DNA from: Verrucomicrobiota bacterium
GTDB taxonomy: Bacteria > Verrucomicrobiota > Verrucomicrobiia > Limisphaerales > SXQI01
Direction of reading: 5' to 3'
Assembly (NCBI GenBank): GCA_033762115.1
Contig: JANRLX010000058.1
Location: 1-61,700 of the forward strand
Length of the DNA stretch: 61,700 bases
The translations under genes and the position numbers were made by a program. The notes beneath the pieces are model-generated. The model searched no databases. It saw only the letters and a list, made by a program, of their open reading frames with translations, and was not told the DNA's origin. How positions within the stretch are numbered: the first letter of the stretch is position 1; each line of letters starts with the position of its first letter. Positions 1 through 9,637 of the stretch are shown here, one piece after another.

Positions 1-357
1 AAATCCATCGAAAAAATGCTCCGCATCGAACTGGCCCATCGCAAGCAGGACCATGCCGAACGAAAACTCCTCCTCGCCGAAAAGAAACAGGAGCTTGCCG
101 CCCGGAAATTCGCCTTCCAGCAACTCAAACAACAGGAGAAAGCCGCTTCAGCAGTCAAACCAGAGGAAAAAACATCGCCCTCATCAACTGCTGCGGGCAT
201 GGAATCACTTCCCGTTGCGGAAACGCCTGCTGCACAGCCTGCTGAAAATGAACTTCCAGCTCCACAGCCAGCCCCCTCAAAGATCGTTCATATTCACTAT
301 CCCAGCCCCGCCACCACGACCTGTGACGAAGCAATCCCTGCCGAACTCCTGGCCTGA
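1..357 (+). CDS. hypothetical protein, 5'-truncated by window edge (coiled-coil followed by Pro/Ala-rich tail)
   Basis: Frame open from position 1 to TGA at 355-357; no recognisable motif. Confidence 0.55.
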   Translation, partial: KSIEKMLRIELAHRKQDHAERKLLLAEKKQELAARKFAFQQLKQQEKAASAVKPEEKTSPSSTAAGMESLPVAETPAAQPAENELPAPQPAPSKIVHIHYPSPATTTCDEAIPAELLA

Positions 358-419
358 TTTGATCAAAAGCGGAATCTGCGGAGTTGAAAGATGCCGCCGC
401 GCTTCTATGCTGTGGCGCG

Positions 420-1844
420 ATGGAATACGAAGCGGTTATCGGACTGGAAACCCACGTTCAACTGCGCACCCAATCAAAAATGTGGTGTGGCTGCGCCAAT
501 GAATTCGGCGCTCCTCCCAACACAAACGTTTGTCCCGTATGTCTTGGGATGCCAGGAGTCCTTCCGGTCGCCAATGATGAAGCCTTGCGCCTCACGGTCC
601 TCACCGGGATGCTCCTCAATTGCGCCATTCCCCGCTTCGCCAAATTTGATCGAAAAAATTACTTTTATCCCGACGCTCCCAAAAACTACCAGGTCACTCA
701 ATTTGACAAACCCTCCACCGAAAATGGTTTTGTCGATTTCGAATTTAAAAACGGCATCAGCCGCGTCCGCATTACCCGTGCCCACCTTGAGGAGGATGTC
801 GGGAAAAGTTTCCATTTTGACCGCAACAGCGGCGTCGATTTCAACCGCGCAGGGGTCCCTCTGCTGGAAATCGTTTCCGAACCGGACATCACCAGTTCCG
901 ACATGGCCTACGAGTATCTCAACGCCTTGAAGGATATCCTGGTTTATGGAGGGGTCAGTGATTGCGACATGGAAAAAGGGATGGTTCGTTGCGATGTGAA
1001 CGTCAGTGTCCGTCCCGTGGGCCAGGCCGAACTCGGCGCGAAAATTGAAATCAAAAACATGAACAGCTTCAGTGGCGTCCGCCGCGCCCTCGATTACGAA
1101 ATTCCCCGCCAGATCGCTGAAGTCAGGGCCGGTCGCAAACTCCGCCAGGAAACACGTCGCTGGGATGATGTCGCAGGCATCACCGAACTCATGCGTACCA
1201 AGGAGGAAGCACACGATTACCGCTATTTCCCGGAACCGGACCTCATGCCCTTTATTCCTGATGACGCCTGGATCTCCTCCGTGAAATCGCGCGTCGTTGA
1301 ATTGCCTCTCGCCCGCAAGCAACGATTTGCCACTCAATATCAATTGCCTCCATCGGACGCCGAAACTTTCGTTAACGATGTGCCGCTTGGGAATTATTTC
1401 GAAACCATCGCCTCCCAAACCAAAAATCCCAAAGCCGTCGCCAACTGGGTCATCAACAACCTCCGGGCCAAAATGACCGAAACCCAAACCCCGCTCGAAA
1501 AAGTCAAAGTCCAGGGCGGGCAGATTCTTGAATTGATCGCCCTCGTTGATGAAGGAAAAATCAGCAGCAAAATCGCCCAGGACGTTTTTGCCGAGATGTT
1601 CCTCACTGGCGATGGACCCCGCCAGATCGTCGAAAAGAAAGGGCTCCTCCAGGTTTCTGACACCGGCGCGATTGAAAAATTCTGTGACGAGGCCATCGCT
1701 GCCAACCCCCGCAGCGTCGAGGATTATCGTGCGGGCAAAGGCGCGGCCCTCAACTTCCTCAAGGGCCAGGTCATGAAACTCAGCAAGGGAAAAGCCAATC
1801 CAAATCTCGTGGGAGAAATTCTTGAGCAAAAGCTTAAGGCATGA
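420..1844 (+). CDS. gatB: Asp-tRNA(Asn)/Glu-tRNA(Gln) amidotransferase subunit B
   Basis: MEYEAVIGLETHVQL start, CPVCLGMPG, FDRKNYFYPD, HLEED, RCDVNVS, EIKNMNS, YRYFPEPDL, C-terminal GQVMK-KGKANP. Confidence 0.98.
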   Translation: MEYEAVIGLETHVQLRTQSKMWCGCANEFGAPPNTNVCPVCLGMPGVLPVANDEALRLTVLTGMLLNCAIPRFAKFDRKNYFYPDAPKNYQVTQFDKPSTENGFVDFEFKNGISRVRITRAHLEEDVGKSFHFDRNSGVDFNRAGVPLLEIVSEPDITSSDMAYEYLNALKDILVYGGVSDCDMEKGMVRCDVNVSVRPVGQAELGAKIEIKNMNSFSGVRRALDYEIPRQIAEVRAGRKLRQETRRWDDVAGITELMRTKEEAHDYRYFPEPDLMPFIPDDAWISSVKSRVVELPLARKQRFATQYQLPPSDAETFVNDVPLGNYFETIASQTKNPKAVANWVINNLRAKMTETQTPLEKVKVQGGQILELIALVDEGKISSKIAQDVFAEMFLTGDGPRQIVEKKGLLQVSDTGAIEKFCDEAIAANPRSVEDYRAGKGAALNFLKGQVMKLSKGKANPNLVGEILEQKLKA

Positions 1845-3232
1845 TTCCCACCATTCGGTCCGTTCATTTCGTCGGCATTTGCGGCACCGCCATGGCTTCC
1901 GCTGCCGCTGCCATGCAGCAGCGCGGCTTTCACGTCACCGGTTCTGACCAAAACGTTTATCCGCCCATGTCCACCTTTCTTGCCGAACGGGGGATTCAGG
2001 TGCTCACCGGCTACCGCGAGGAAAATCTCTCCTCCCGCCCGGACCTCGTTGTGATAGGCAACGCCATCAGCCGCGGCAATCCGGAAGCGGAAGCCGCCCT
2101 CGATCAAAAACTCCGCTACTGCTCATTGCCCGAATTGCTCAAGGAATTTTTCATCCGCGGAAAACGTTCCATCGTCGTCACCGGCACCCACGGCAAAACC
2201 ACCACCACCTCATTGCTGACCTGGGTTTTCGAGCATAACGGATACAACCCGGGCTTTTTGATCGGCGGCATTCCAGCCAACCTCGGCCAGGGCGCACGGT
2301 TTACCGATAGCGAATGGTTCATTATTGAAGGGGATGAGTACGATACCGCCTTTTTCGATAAGCGAAGCAAGTTTGTCCATTACCTCCCTGAAATCGTCAT
2401 CATCAACAACCTCGAGTTTGATCACGCCGATATTTTCGAAAATCTTGCTGCCATCCAAACTTCCTTCAAGCGGCTGATCAACCTCGTTCCGCGCAATGGA
2501 TTGCTTCTCGCCAATGGGGATGAAACCAATCTCGCCGGGTTGCTCGGCATCAACCATTGTCCCGTCCAGCGTTTTGGCCTCGGTCACGGAAATGAATGGA
2601 AGGCCGTCAATATCCGCCTGGACGGTGCGCAATCCTCATTTTGCCTCGGGGAAAATGAATTCACCATTCCCATGACCGGCGAGTTGAACGTGCGCAACGC
2701 ACTCGCCGTTGCCTCCGCCGCCCTCCATTGCGGCTTGACCGCCGGACAGATTCAATCTGCATTTGCCACTTTCAAGGGAATCAAGCGCCGGCTCGAAGTC
2801 AAAGGGGTTCCGGGCGGGATCACCGTCATTGATGATTTCGGCCATCATCCCACCGCCATTCGGGAAACCATTCGTGCTTTGCGCGTCAAATTCCCTGCCC
2901 AGCGCCTTTGGGCTATTTTTGAACCCCGTTCCAACACCACACGCCGCAACGTCTTTCAGCAGGAACTGCTCGATGCCCTGGGTGCTGCCGATGCCGTGGT
3001 GGTCTCCCAGGTTGCCCGCCTCGAAATGCTTCATCCAACCGAACGGCTTGATCCCGACCTGCTTATCTCCAGTTTGCAGGCAAAAGGACTCCCCGCCGCT
3101 TATCTGCCCGACGCCGGGAGGATCGTTGAACACCTCGTCGCCGAAGCGAAAATCGGCGATGTTCTCTGCATTTTCAGCAATGGCGGCTTCGGCGGGATCC
3201 ATGATCTATTGCTCAAACGTCTTGCACGTTAA
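1841..3232 (+). CDS. mpl: UDP-MurNAc:L-Ala-gamma-D-Glu-meso-DAP ligase (murein peptide ligase)
   Basis: GICGTAM, GSDQNVYPPMS, GTHGKTTT, EGDEYDTAFFDKRSKF, DDFGHHPTA, EPRSNT, SNGGFGG; ATGA overlap with gatB. Confidence 0.93.
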   Translation: MIPTIRSVHFVGICGTAMASAAAAMQQRGFHVTGSDQNVYPPMSTFLAERGIQVLTGYREENLSSRPDLVVIGNAISRGNPEAEAALDQKLRYCSLPELLKEFFIRGKRSIVVTGTHGKTTTTSLLTWVFEHNGYNPGFLIGGIPANLGQGARFTDSEWFIIEGDEYDTAFFDKRSKFVHYLPEIVIINNLEFDHADIFENLAAIQTSFKRLINLVPRNGLLLANGDETNLAGLLGINHCPVQRFGLGHGNEWKAVNIRLDGAQSSFCLGENEFTIPMTGELNVRNALAVASAALHCGLTAGQIQSAFATFKGIKRRLEVKGVPGGITVIDDFGHHPTAIRETIRALRVKFPAQRLWAIFEPRSNTTRRNVFQQELLDALGAADAVVVSQVARLEMLHPTERLDPDLLISSLQAKGLPAAYLPDAGRIVEHLVAEAKIGDVLCIFSNGGFGGIHDLLLKRLAR

Positions 3233-3255
3233 CTTTTTCCACGCCGAGCCGATAA
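3229..3255 (+). promoter_or_regulatory. sigma28/FliA-type promoter upstream of cheW-MCP operon
   Basis: TTAACTTT(3229-3236)-N11-GCCGATAA(3248-3255) vs consensus TAAAGTTT-N11-GCCGATAA; precedes chemotaxis genes. Confidence 0.65.
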
Positions 3256-3322
3256 CAGTATTGAAGGCTGGCCTAAAATAGGCCGGTAGCTTTCTCGGGC
3301 AGGACATTGGACCTGCAAGTCG

Positions 3323-3378
3323 AAGGCACAATCGGATTCTTTCCTTTTGGAGGAGAATCCCGGTTGTGCCTTTTTGCT
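3323..3378 (+). terminator. intrinsic terminator-like hairpin in the cheW leader
   Basis: AAGGCACAATCGGATTCTTTCC-TTTT-GGAGGAGAATCCCGGTTGTGCCTT followed by T-tract. Confidence 0.6.
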
Positions 3379-3388
3379 TTTACGGATC

Positions 3389-3913
3389 ATGACGACAACA
3401 AAAAACAGTATGGACGCTGGACACCGCGCGATCGCGGGAAAATATCTTTCATTCACTTTAGGCTTCCAAAGCTTCGCCATTGAAATTTCCAAAGTGCGGG
3501 AGATCATCCGCCTCACTGAAATCACTCATGTTCCCCGGATGCCCCGCTACATCTCCGGCATCATCAGTTTGCGCGGACGTTGCATCCCTGTGCTGGACCT
3601 GAGGATCAAGTTTGCCCTTCCCGTCGAGCGGCCCAGCTATCTCAGTTCGATTATGGTCCTGCAAATCAGCTCCCCCTCCCAGGCCATCGCCAGGGTTGGC
3701 CTGGTCGTGGATGCCATTGAGGAAGTGCTGGCCATTTCCAAAGCGGAGATCGGCACGGCGCGGGGGGAGGATGATTTCATCGATTCTGATTACCTGGTGG
3801 CGATCACCACAAAAAATGGAAACTTGAAACTGCTTCTGGATATTGACCGCCTGGTCGAAAGGGATTTCCTCCTGCTCCGAAACCTCAACACTGTCACTCA
3901 GCCAAGTTTATGA
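3389..3913 (+). CDS. cheW: chemotaxis coupling protein CheW
   Basis: [63 protein letters not shown]. Confidence 0.9.
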   Translation: MTTTKNSMDAGHRAIAGKYLSFTLGFQSFAIEISKVREIIRLTEITHVPRMPRYISGIISLRGRCIPVLDLRIKFALPVERPSYLSSIMVLQISSPSQAIARVGLVVDAIEEVLAISKAEIGTARGEDDFIDSDYLVAITTKNGNLKLLLDIDRLVERDFLLLRNLNTVTQPSL

Positions 3914-5544
3914 ACAATTGGACTATTGGAAAACGGATCGCGTGCGGGTTTGCCGTCAGTTTCCTCGGTTCACTTCTGCTCGCTGTCGTTGCCTGGGGCC
4001 ATTTTGCCGATGCGCAAACATCGTCAGATCTCCTCGCGGAAAGCAGCCTTAAACTGAGGAACGCCACCCGGCTCCAATTGGCCAGCGGTGATTTATTCGG
4101 AAACCTGTTGCTCCACGCCAGTTCGGGTCCCGGTGAGGAAATGGCTGAACTGGAGAAAAGTATTGAACGGGAGCAGCGTCAAATCAGGGAATTGCTGGCT
4201 TCCATCGCTCAACTGCCTGTTTCCGACCTGGAACGAAAACAGATCGCCCGGATCAATTCCACATATCAGGAATTCATCGGGATTTGTGACAACCAGATAT
4301 TGCCTCTGGCGCGTGAACAAAAAAATCCTGAAGCGCTCGCCATCCTGAAAGGGAAAGGGATGCCGCTCCTGGATGAGTCCGTGAACAGGATCACCCGCTT
4401 TATTGAGTTGAATCGCCTTCAGGGGGAAGCCGCCCGTAAAAACCTTTCTTATTCCTTTGCCACCGCACAATCCGGGATTGTCATGGGTTCTTTCTTCACA
4501 TTCCTCATTGCTGCAGGCCTGGCTTTGGTCATTACCAATTCCACCAGGAAAACAATCAGTGCCGTGGCTGCTGATCTTGAAGAGGACTCCGCGCGGCTTG
4601 CTTCCGCCGCCAGCCAGGTCGCGGCCAGCAGCCGGAACCTGGCCGAGGAAACCAGTTTGCAGGCGCTTGTAATCGAACAGACAAGCTCCACCCTGGAGGA
4701 AATTGCCAGCGCCACCACTTATAATGCCGGGCACGCCGCGCGGGCGCGGGAGCAGGCTGGAAAAGCGCACGCGGTGGCGAATGCCGGGGCGCTTGATATC
4801 GAACAAATGAACGCGGCGATGGAGGAGATCAAGGCAGCGAACGATGACATTGCCCGGACCATCAAGACGATTGATGAGATCGCATTTCAAACCAACCTGC
4901 TCGCATTGAACGCCGCGGTCGAAGCGGCCCGCGCCGGTAATGCGGGCCGTGGGTTCGCTGTCGTGGCCGAGGAAGTGCGAAACCTTGCCGGGAAAAGCGC
5001 CGCTTCCGCGCGGGAAACCGCGGAACGGATCAAGGAATCCATTTCCCGCACGGAACGAGGCGTCCAGATCAGCCGGAAAGTTTCTGAACGTTTGAAGGAG
5101 ATCGTGGCCAGCGCCCATTCTGTGGATGAACTGGTGGAGGAGATTGCCGCTGCGTCGCTGGAACAAAGCAATGACATCGAACAGGTGCGCCGGTCGGTCA
5201 GCGAAATGGATTCGGTGATGCAGAACAACCGGGTAAACGCGGAGCAATGCGCCGGTGCCGCCGGGGAATTGAACGCCCAGGCGGAAAATGTGGGAAGCGC
5301 CGCAAATGAGATGCTTTATCTGGCCGGGCAGGAGGGGGAAGCCGCGAGTGAAATTTCAGAGGTGAAAGATTTCCATTCGGCTGCTAAAAAGAAGCAGGGA
5401 GTCAAAGCAATCAGCAGTCCGGAAATGCCGGAGTCCAAACGGTTGAACGGGAAAATTCATCAGACCAGGCCCGGGGGGATGTTCCTGCTTGGAAAACCAG
5501 ACAGGAGCCTGATCCCGCTGGAGGGGTCGCATTTTCCCGGGTAA
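3910..5544 (+). CDS. methyl-accepting chemotaxis protein (two TMs, periplasmic 4HB-type sensor)
   Basis: [40 protein letters not shown] signalling hairpin; ATGA overlap with cheW. Confidence 0.95.
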   Translation: MNNWTIGKRIACGFAVSFLGSLLLAVVAWGHFADAQTSSDLLAESSLKLRNATRLQLASGDLFGNLLLHASSGPGEEMAELEKSIEREQRQIRELLASIAQLPVSDLERKQIARINSTYQEFIGICDNQILPLAREQKNPEALAILKGKGMPLLDESVNRITRFIELNRLQGEAARKNLSYSFATAQSGIVMGSFFTFLIAAGLALVITNSTRKTISAVAADLEEDSARLASAASQVAASSRNLAEETSLQALVIEQTSSTLEEIASATTYNAGHAARAREQAGKAHAVANAGALDIEQMNAAMEEIKAANDDIARTIKTIDEIAFQTNLLALNAAVEAARAGNAGRGFAVVAEEVRNLAGKSAASARETAERIKESISRTERGVQISRKVSERLKEIVASAHSVDELVEEIAAASLEQSNDIEQVRRSVSEMDSVMQNNRVNAEQCAGAAGELNAQAENVGSAANEMLYLAGQEGEAASEISEVKDFHSAAKKKQGVKAISSPEMPESKRLNGKIHQTRPGGMFLLGKPDRSLIPLEGSHFPG

Positions 5545-5564
5545 CCTGCGGCGCAGGAGTAAAA

Positions 5565-6698
5565 ATGAGGCAAGCCATCGACATTGCAAGATCTGAAGCT
5601 GTCAGCCCGGCGGAATTTCGGTCGGTGCTGGACCAATTACTGGATCCGGTCATGCAGTTCAACCGCAGTGGCGAGATCAGTTTTTATAACCGCTCCGCGC
5701 AGCAAATTCTCGGGTTGCCGGAATCTGTTCCAGTGGCGCCGATTCGCCTCTCGAGTGTCGTCGAGCCCACTTCCTACGATTTTTTGCTGAACCTGGGTTT
5801 GCCCGCAGCCATTCAAAATGGAAGCTGGAAAGGGGAATTGTATCTGCTCCAGCATGGCCGGACTGTTTTGACCGGAATCACCCTGCTTGCGCATCGGGAC
5901 TCGGGAAAAATCAAACGCTTTTCACTTTTTTGGCCTGCAGCGAACGAGCAGGCAAAGAAGTTGCCGGAAATGACCACTTCGGAGGGCAGTCCAGAGCTGG
6001 AGGCGCTCGCCTCGATGGGGAATGCGTTCGGGGTGATCGCGCATGACCTGAACAATGTTTTCGGTTCGTTGACGATGTCGCTGCCGCTGCTGGTTTCAGA
6101 TGAGATGAAGCAGGAGATCCGGGAGGTTTTGCTTGGCGCGATGGAAAGCACCCGGCTTGGCGCCGGGCTGGTGAAAATTGCCCAGGCTTATTGCCTGAAC
6201 CTGCAAGGGGCCGCGGGGAGTGCGTTACTTTCCCAGTTTGTGAATGGCGCGATCGTCCAGTCGAGAAAACCGGTGCGGGTAACGCCAGCGGACCTGGGGC
6301 AGTTTGGGGCGGTGGCGGGAGACAGCGCAAAATTGCAAACGGCGATGCGCCTGCTGCTGGACCAGGCAGCGACTCTGGGCACGGGAACGCTGACCCTGCT
6401 GGTGACCAGTGAAGCGGTGCAGAAGAGGCCAGGGGTGCGGATCGAAATACGGACTGAGGCGGGGGAGATTGATCCTGCCTATATTGAGCGGCTGACAAAG
6501 CCGGTTTTTTCCAGCAAACAGGGACGAGGAGTCCCGAACATCGAGTGGGCCACGATCCTGGGCATTGTGGCAGGACATGGCGGGAGGGTTTTTGCGAACT
6601 ATTCTTCCGCGTCATGGAACGGATCATTTCTTCTGAGTTTCGGGATGATCCTGCCGATGAAACCGTTGCCCGGTTCGCAAGCAAAAGGAGACCAGTGA
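5565..6698 (+). CDS. PAS-domain histidine-kinase-like protein with degenerate ATPase domain
   Basis: PAS-like N-terminus (FYNRSAQQILG, WKGEL); H-box IAHDLNN; N/G1/G2 boxes eroded. Confidence 0.7.
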   Translation: MRQAIDIARSEAVSPAEFRSVLDQLLDPVMQFNRSGEISFYNRSAQQILGLPESVPVAPIRLSSVVEPTSYDFLLNLGLPAAIQNGSWKGELYLLQHGRTVLTGITLLAHRDSGKIKRFSLFWPAANEQAKKLPEMTTSEGSPELEALASMGNAFGVIAHDLNNVFGSLTMSLPLLVSDEMKQEIREVLLGAMESTRLGAGLVKIAQAYCLNLQGAAGSALLSQFVNGAIVQSRKPVRVTPADLGQFGAVAGDSAKLQTAMRLLLDQAATLGTGTLTLLVTSEAVQKRPGVRIEIRTEAGEIDPAYIERLTKPVFSSKQGRGVPNIEWATILGIVAGHGGRVFANYSSASWNGSFLLSFGMILPMKPLPGSQAKGDQ

Positions 6699-7789
6699 AC
6701 AAGAAAATTCTGGTGATCGATGATGAGAAGTTACTCCGCCGCGTCATTGTCAGGACGTTGAAGGAAGAAGGATATTCCACGATGGAAACGGATGATGCCA
6801 CGCAAGGGTTGGCGCTGGCGCAGCGGGAACGGCCGGACCTGATCCTGTGCGATGTGGTGATGAACCATGTGGATGGGTACACCGCGCTGCAAACGTTGCG
6901 GCAAAATCCAAGCACAGCGATGATCCCGGTGATTCTCATGACCGGGGAGGCGAACGATGAAGGATGGCGCAAGGGGATGTTGCTGGGGGCGGATGATTAC
7001 CTGGAAAAACCGTTTTCAGCCCAGGAATTGAACAGTGTGGTGGCCATGCAATTGCAGAAGCAGGAGGTGGCGCGAAAGGAATCAGAAAAGACCCTGGAAG
7101 CGCTCCGCACCAATATCAATTTCGCGCTGCCACATGAATTGCTCACGCCGTTGAGCGGGATCCTGGGATTTTCCGAGATGTTGCGGGAGGGAAATTTCAG
7201 CCAGGCAGATGTGAAAAGCATGGCGGAATCGATCCACTCTTCCGGCCAGCGGTTGCATGATCTGATCAATAATTACCTGATTTACGCGCAGATCGAGGTG
7301 ATGGCCACCGACCGAAAGCAGCAGGAGCAGTTGCGGTTGCAGAGGTGTCGCCGGGCGGAGGCGGTGATCCAGTCGGTGGCGTTGGCAGAAGCGTCGCGAC
7401 GGAAGCGGGAAGGTGATGTGACATTGGAATTCATGAAGGCTGACCTGGGGATTTCGATGGAGTACCTGACGCGGATTGTGGAGGAGTTGATGAGGAATGC
7501 CTGTGTTTTTTCCTCTCCAGGCAGCCCGATTCACCTGCGCGGCTGCGAGCATGAAGGGATGTACCAGATTGAGTTTCGCGACAAGGGGCGCGGGATGTCA
7601 CTGGAACAGATCAACCGGATCGGGGCATTTCTGCAGTTTGACCGGCGGGTGTACGAGCAGCAGGGAATGGGACTGGGATTGACGATTTGCAAGCGACTGG
7701 CGGAACTGCATGGCGGCGGGCTTTCAATTTCCAGTGCAGTCGGCCAGGGAACGAGTGTACGGGTGCTGCTGCATCGAGCGGGTAACTGA
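6695..7789 (+). CDS. hybrid response regulator receiver / histidine kinase
   Basis: GTG overlapping upstream stop; KILVIDDE, PDLILCDVVM, KPF; H-box LPHELLTPL; DKGRG, GMGLGL. Confidence 0.9.
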   Translation: MNKKILVIDDEKLLRRVIVRTLKEEGYSTMETDDATQGLALAQRERPDLILCDVVMNHVDGYTALQTLRQNPSTAMIPVILMTGEANDEGWRKGMLLGADDYLEKPFSAQELNSVVAMQLQKQEVARKESEKTLEALRTNINFALPHELLTPLSGILGFSEMLREGNFSQADVKSMAESIHSSGQRLHDLINNYLIYAQIEVMATDRKQQEQLRLQRCRRAEAVIQSVALAEASRRKREGDVTLEFMKADLGISMEYLTRIVEELMRNACVFSSPGSPIHLRGCEHEGMYQIEFRDKGRGMSLEQINRIGAFLQFDRRVYEQQGMGLGLTICKRLAELHGGGLSISSAVGQGTSVRVLLHRAGN

Positions 7790-7800
7790 GGATTTCAGGC

Positions 7801-8232
7801 TTATTCCAAAAGGGCCTTGATCCAGTGCCTTTGCACTTCCGGCGTTGAACGCAACAAGGCAATTCCCTCAATTGGAAGCGTTGCGCCAGTGGTCCGGGAG
7901 AAATTGTTCAACAGGGTTTCTGCAACTTCGGGATGTGAGGTCAAAATAACCTGGTTAAATAATTCGATGGGAATCGCAGTGGCTGGGGGTTGCCAGGGCG
8001 GTGGCGTATCACCCATATTTCCGGCTTTTTTGAAATGTTCCAGGAGTGAGGCTCGTTGAATCTCAAGCTCAACGTTGAAAATCGCAGTGGAGAAGCGATC
8101 CATCACGACGCCTGTGGGCGAGAGCAAGGCAAAATGGTTTACAATAATCGAATCAATCCTTTCGACATGAAATCGATTGAAAGGCATCAGCCGCTTAAAG
8201 CCTTTTTCAAGGTTAAGAGATTTTGACACCAT
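7801..8232 (-). CDS. hypothetical protein
   Basis: 143-aa ORF filling the gap, convergent with the kinase; start uncertain. Confidence 0.5.
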   Translation of the reverse strand: MVSKSLNLEKGFKRLMPFNRFHVERIDSIIVNHFALLSPTGVVMDRFSTAIFNVELEIQRASLLEHFKKAGNMGDTPPPWQPPATAIPIELFNQVILTSHPEVAETLLNNFSRTTGATLPIEGIALLRSTPEVQRHWIKALLE

Positions 8233-8391
8233 AGCAGGTTGCAGGTTCTTGCGCGGAGGTTTGATCCTATCTCAACCCCCGCTGGAGTCAATCTAGCGAT
8301 TTTGAAGTAATCAAGAATTCGGGGATTCGCCCATCAGTAATCCCGCATCTTTTGGGGTTGGTGGTCTCTTCCCTGCGATGGATATTCTGCT

Positions 8392-8616
8392 ATGTGTCGA
8401 GGGAGGTTGATTTCAGTCGTCATCGGACTGCTTGCAATAATGCAGGCATCGGCGTGCACGTTCTGCTCCAGTGAGTCGGCGAGGGCGACGAGAGCCGAGA
8501 TTTCGTCGAGGGGATTTGGTTCGTCACTTCTTGCGATCAGCGCACCGGTGCCGATTTTGCTCTTCGCCGCGGTAGCCATCACCAATGTTTTGGGAAAAGA
8601 GGAGAAGAAAGCATGA
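8392..8616 (+). CDS. small membrane protein (signal-like N-terminus, CxxC, one TM)
   Basis: ACTFCSS motif, hydrophobic C-terminal segment, ATGA overlap with next gene. Confidence 0.55.
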   Translation: MCRGRLISVVIGLLAIMQASACTFCSSESARATRAEISSRGFGSSLLAISAPVPILLFAAVAITNVLGKEEKKA

Positions 8617-9113
8617 CGAGCCACCATTACAAGCCGCTGATCCGCGCAGGCATTTTCCTGGGCATGGGATTGGTCGGATTTTTTGATGGAATTTTGTTCC
8701 ACCAGATTCTTCAAACTCACGCGATGCTCACAGCGAAATTGCCCAAGACGAGTGTTGAAAATATCCAGGTTAACATGTTTTGGGATGGGATGTTCCATGT
8801 GGCGACCTTGACGCTGACGGTGGTGGGATTGGTCCTGCTCTGGCGCGCGGTGACGAAGCACCGGGTGGGGTTGTCGACGAAATGTTTTGTGGGTTCGATC
8901 CTGATTGGTGGCGGGCTGTTTAATTTTGTGGAGGGGCTCATCGACCATCATATTTTGCACCTGCATCATGTGGTGGAGAATCTCGGGGTTTCGGTTTTCG
9001 ATTACGCGTTCCTGGCGTCGGGGTTGATCATGATGGGCATCGGTTGGTCGATGGTCCGCGTCAGCAAAAGGGATGAACAACTGCTGGTGCCAGGGCATCC
9101 GCAGACTGTTTAG
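8613..9113 (+). CDS. DUF2243-family membrane protein
   Basis: GFFDGILFHQILQTH, WDGMFH, FNFVEGLIDHHILHLHHV. Confidence 0.85.
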   Translation: MTSHHYKPLIRAGIFLGMGLVGFFDGILFHQILQTHAMLTAKLPKTSVENIQVNMFWDGMFHVATLTLTVVGLVLLWRAVTKHRVGLSTKCFVGSILIGGGLFNFVEGLIDHHILHLHHVVENLGVSVFDYAFLASGLIMMGIGWSMVRVSKRDEQLLVPGHPQTV

Positions 9114-9189
9114 AACTTTCAACCGATCGGAAGTAATCAAAGAGCCCGGAAAGGAATCTGGCGAAGTGAGCCAGGAACTTGAGAAGTGA

Positions 9190-9223
9190 ATTGGCAAGAC
9201 CTTTGGCAAAAGTTTGGCAAGAC
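9190..9223. repeat. three near-tandem 11-bp repeats (TTTGGCAARAS-like)
   Basis: ATTGGCAAGAC 9190-9200, TTTGGCAAAAG 9202-9212, TTTGGCAAGAC 9213-9223. Confidence 0.55.
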
Positions 9224-9350
9224 TTTAGAAAGCGCCAAACGATCATTAACGCCTATTCAGGGTGGTGAGCAGTTTCAAGAAGTAATTGATGAACTCCTTT
9301 AAAACCACCATGAAAACGGGCAAAAGTGGGCAATTATTGGGGATTTTAAG

Positions 9351-9426
<76 letters not shown>

Positions 9427-9610
9427 ACTCGGAAGGGGGAAAATCTTGTAGGAAAGAATCTTTTTGTCAATCGAACGTCGCATTTTTCAGGGGCAATGAA
9501 GGGCGGGGGAGCGGGCTTTTTTTCCAAGGCAGTTCAGGGATCATGTCGGCAGGGTATCTTTGTTTTTCCTGGGAGGGGTGAAGGAAAGTTGAAAGTGGTG
9601 GCTTGACGGT

Positions 9611-9629
9611 TGTAACAGGATGGGTTACA
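9611..9629. promoter_or_regulatory. palindromic operator (putative Rrf2 site 1), next to TTGACG -35
   Basis: TGTAAC-AGGATGG-GTTACA, 8 bp before the Rrf2 ATG; TTGACG at 9603-9608. Confidence 0.7.
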
Positions 9630-9637
9630 TGCAGTGA

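Noticed and set aside
474..1829. Long antisense ORFs (451 aa opposite gatB; also 4093-5247, 5911-6972, 8334-9209, 13032-14669, 22974-23753)
   Set aside because: Shadow frames of well-supported genes in GC-rich DNA, with no motifs of their own
3263..3316. c-di-GMP-I (GEMM) riboswitch call for the cheW leader
   Set aside because: GGCCTAAA and GGTAGC resemble P2 fragments, but the GCAAA/GNRA P1 elements are absent; kept only as an unknown structured leader
3233..9350. Chemotaxis block as an intact genomic island integrated at tRNA-Lys
   Set aside because: No integrase or transposase, and no duplicated tRNA 3' end found at the left boundary
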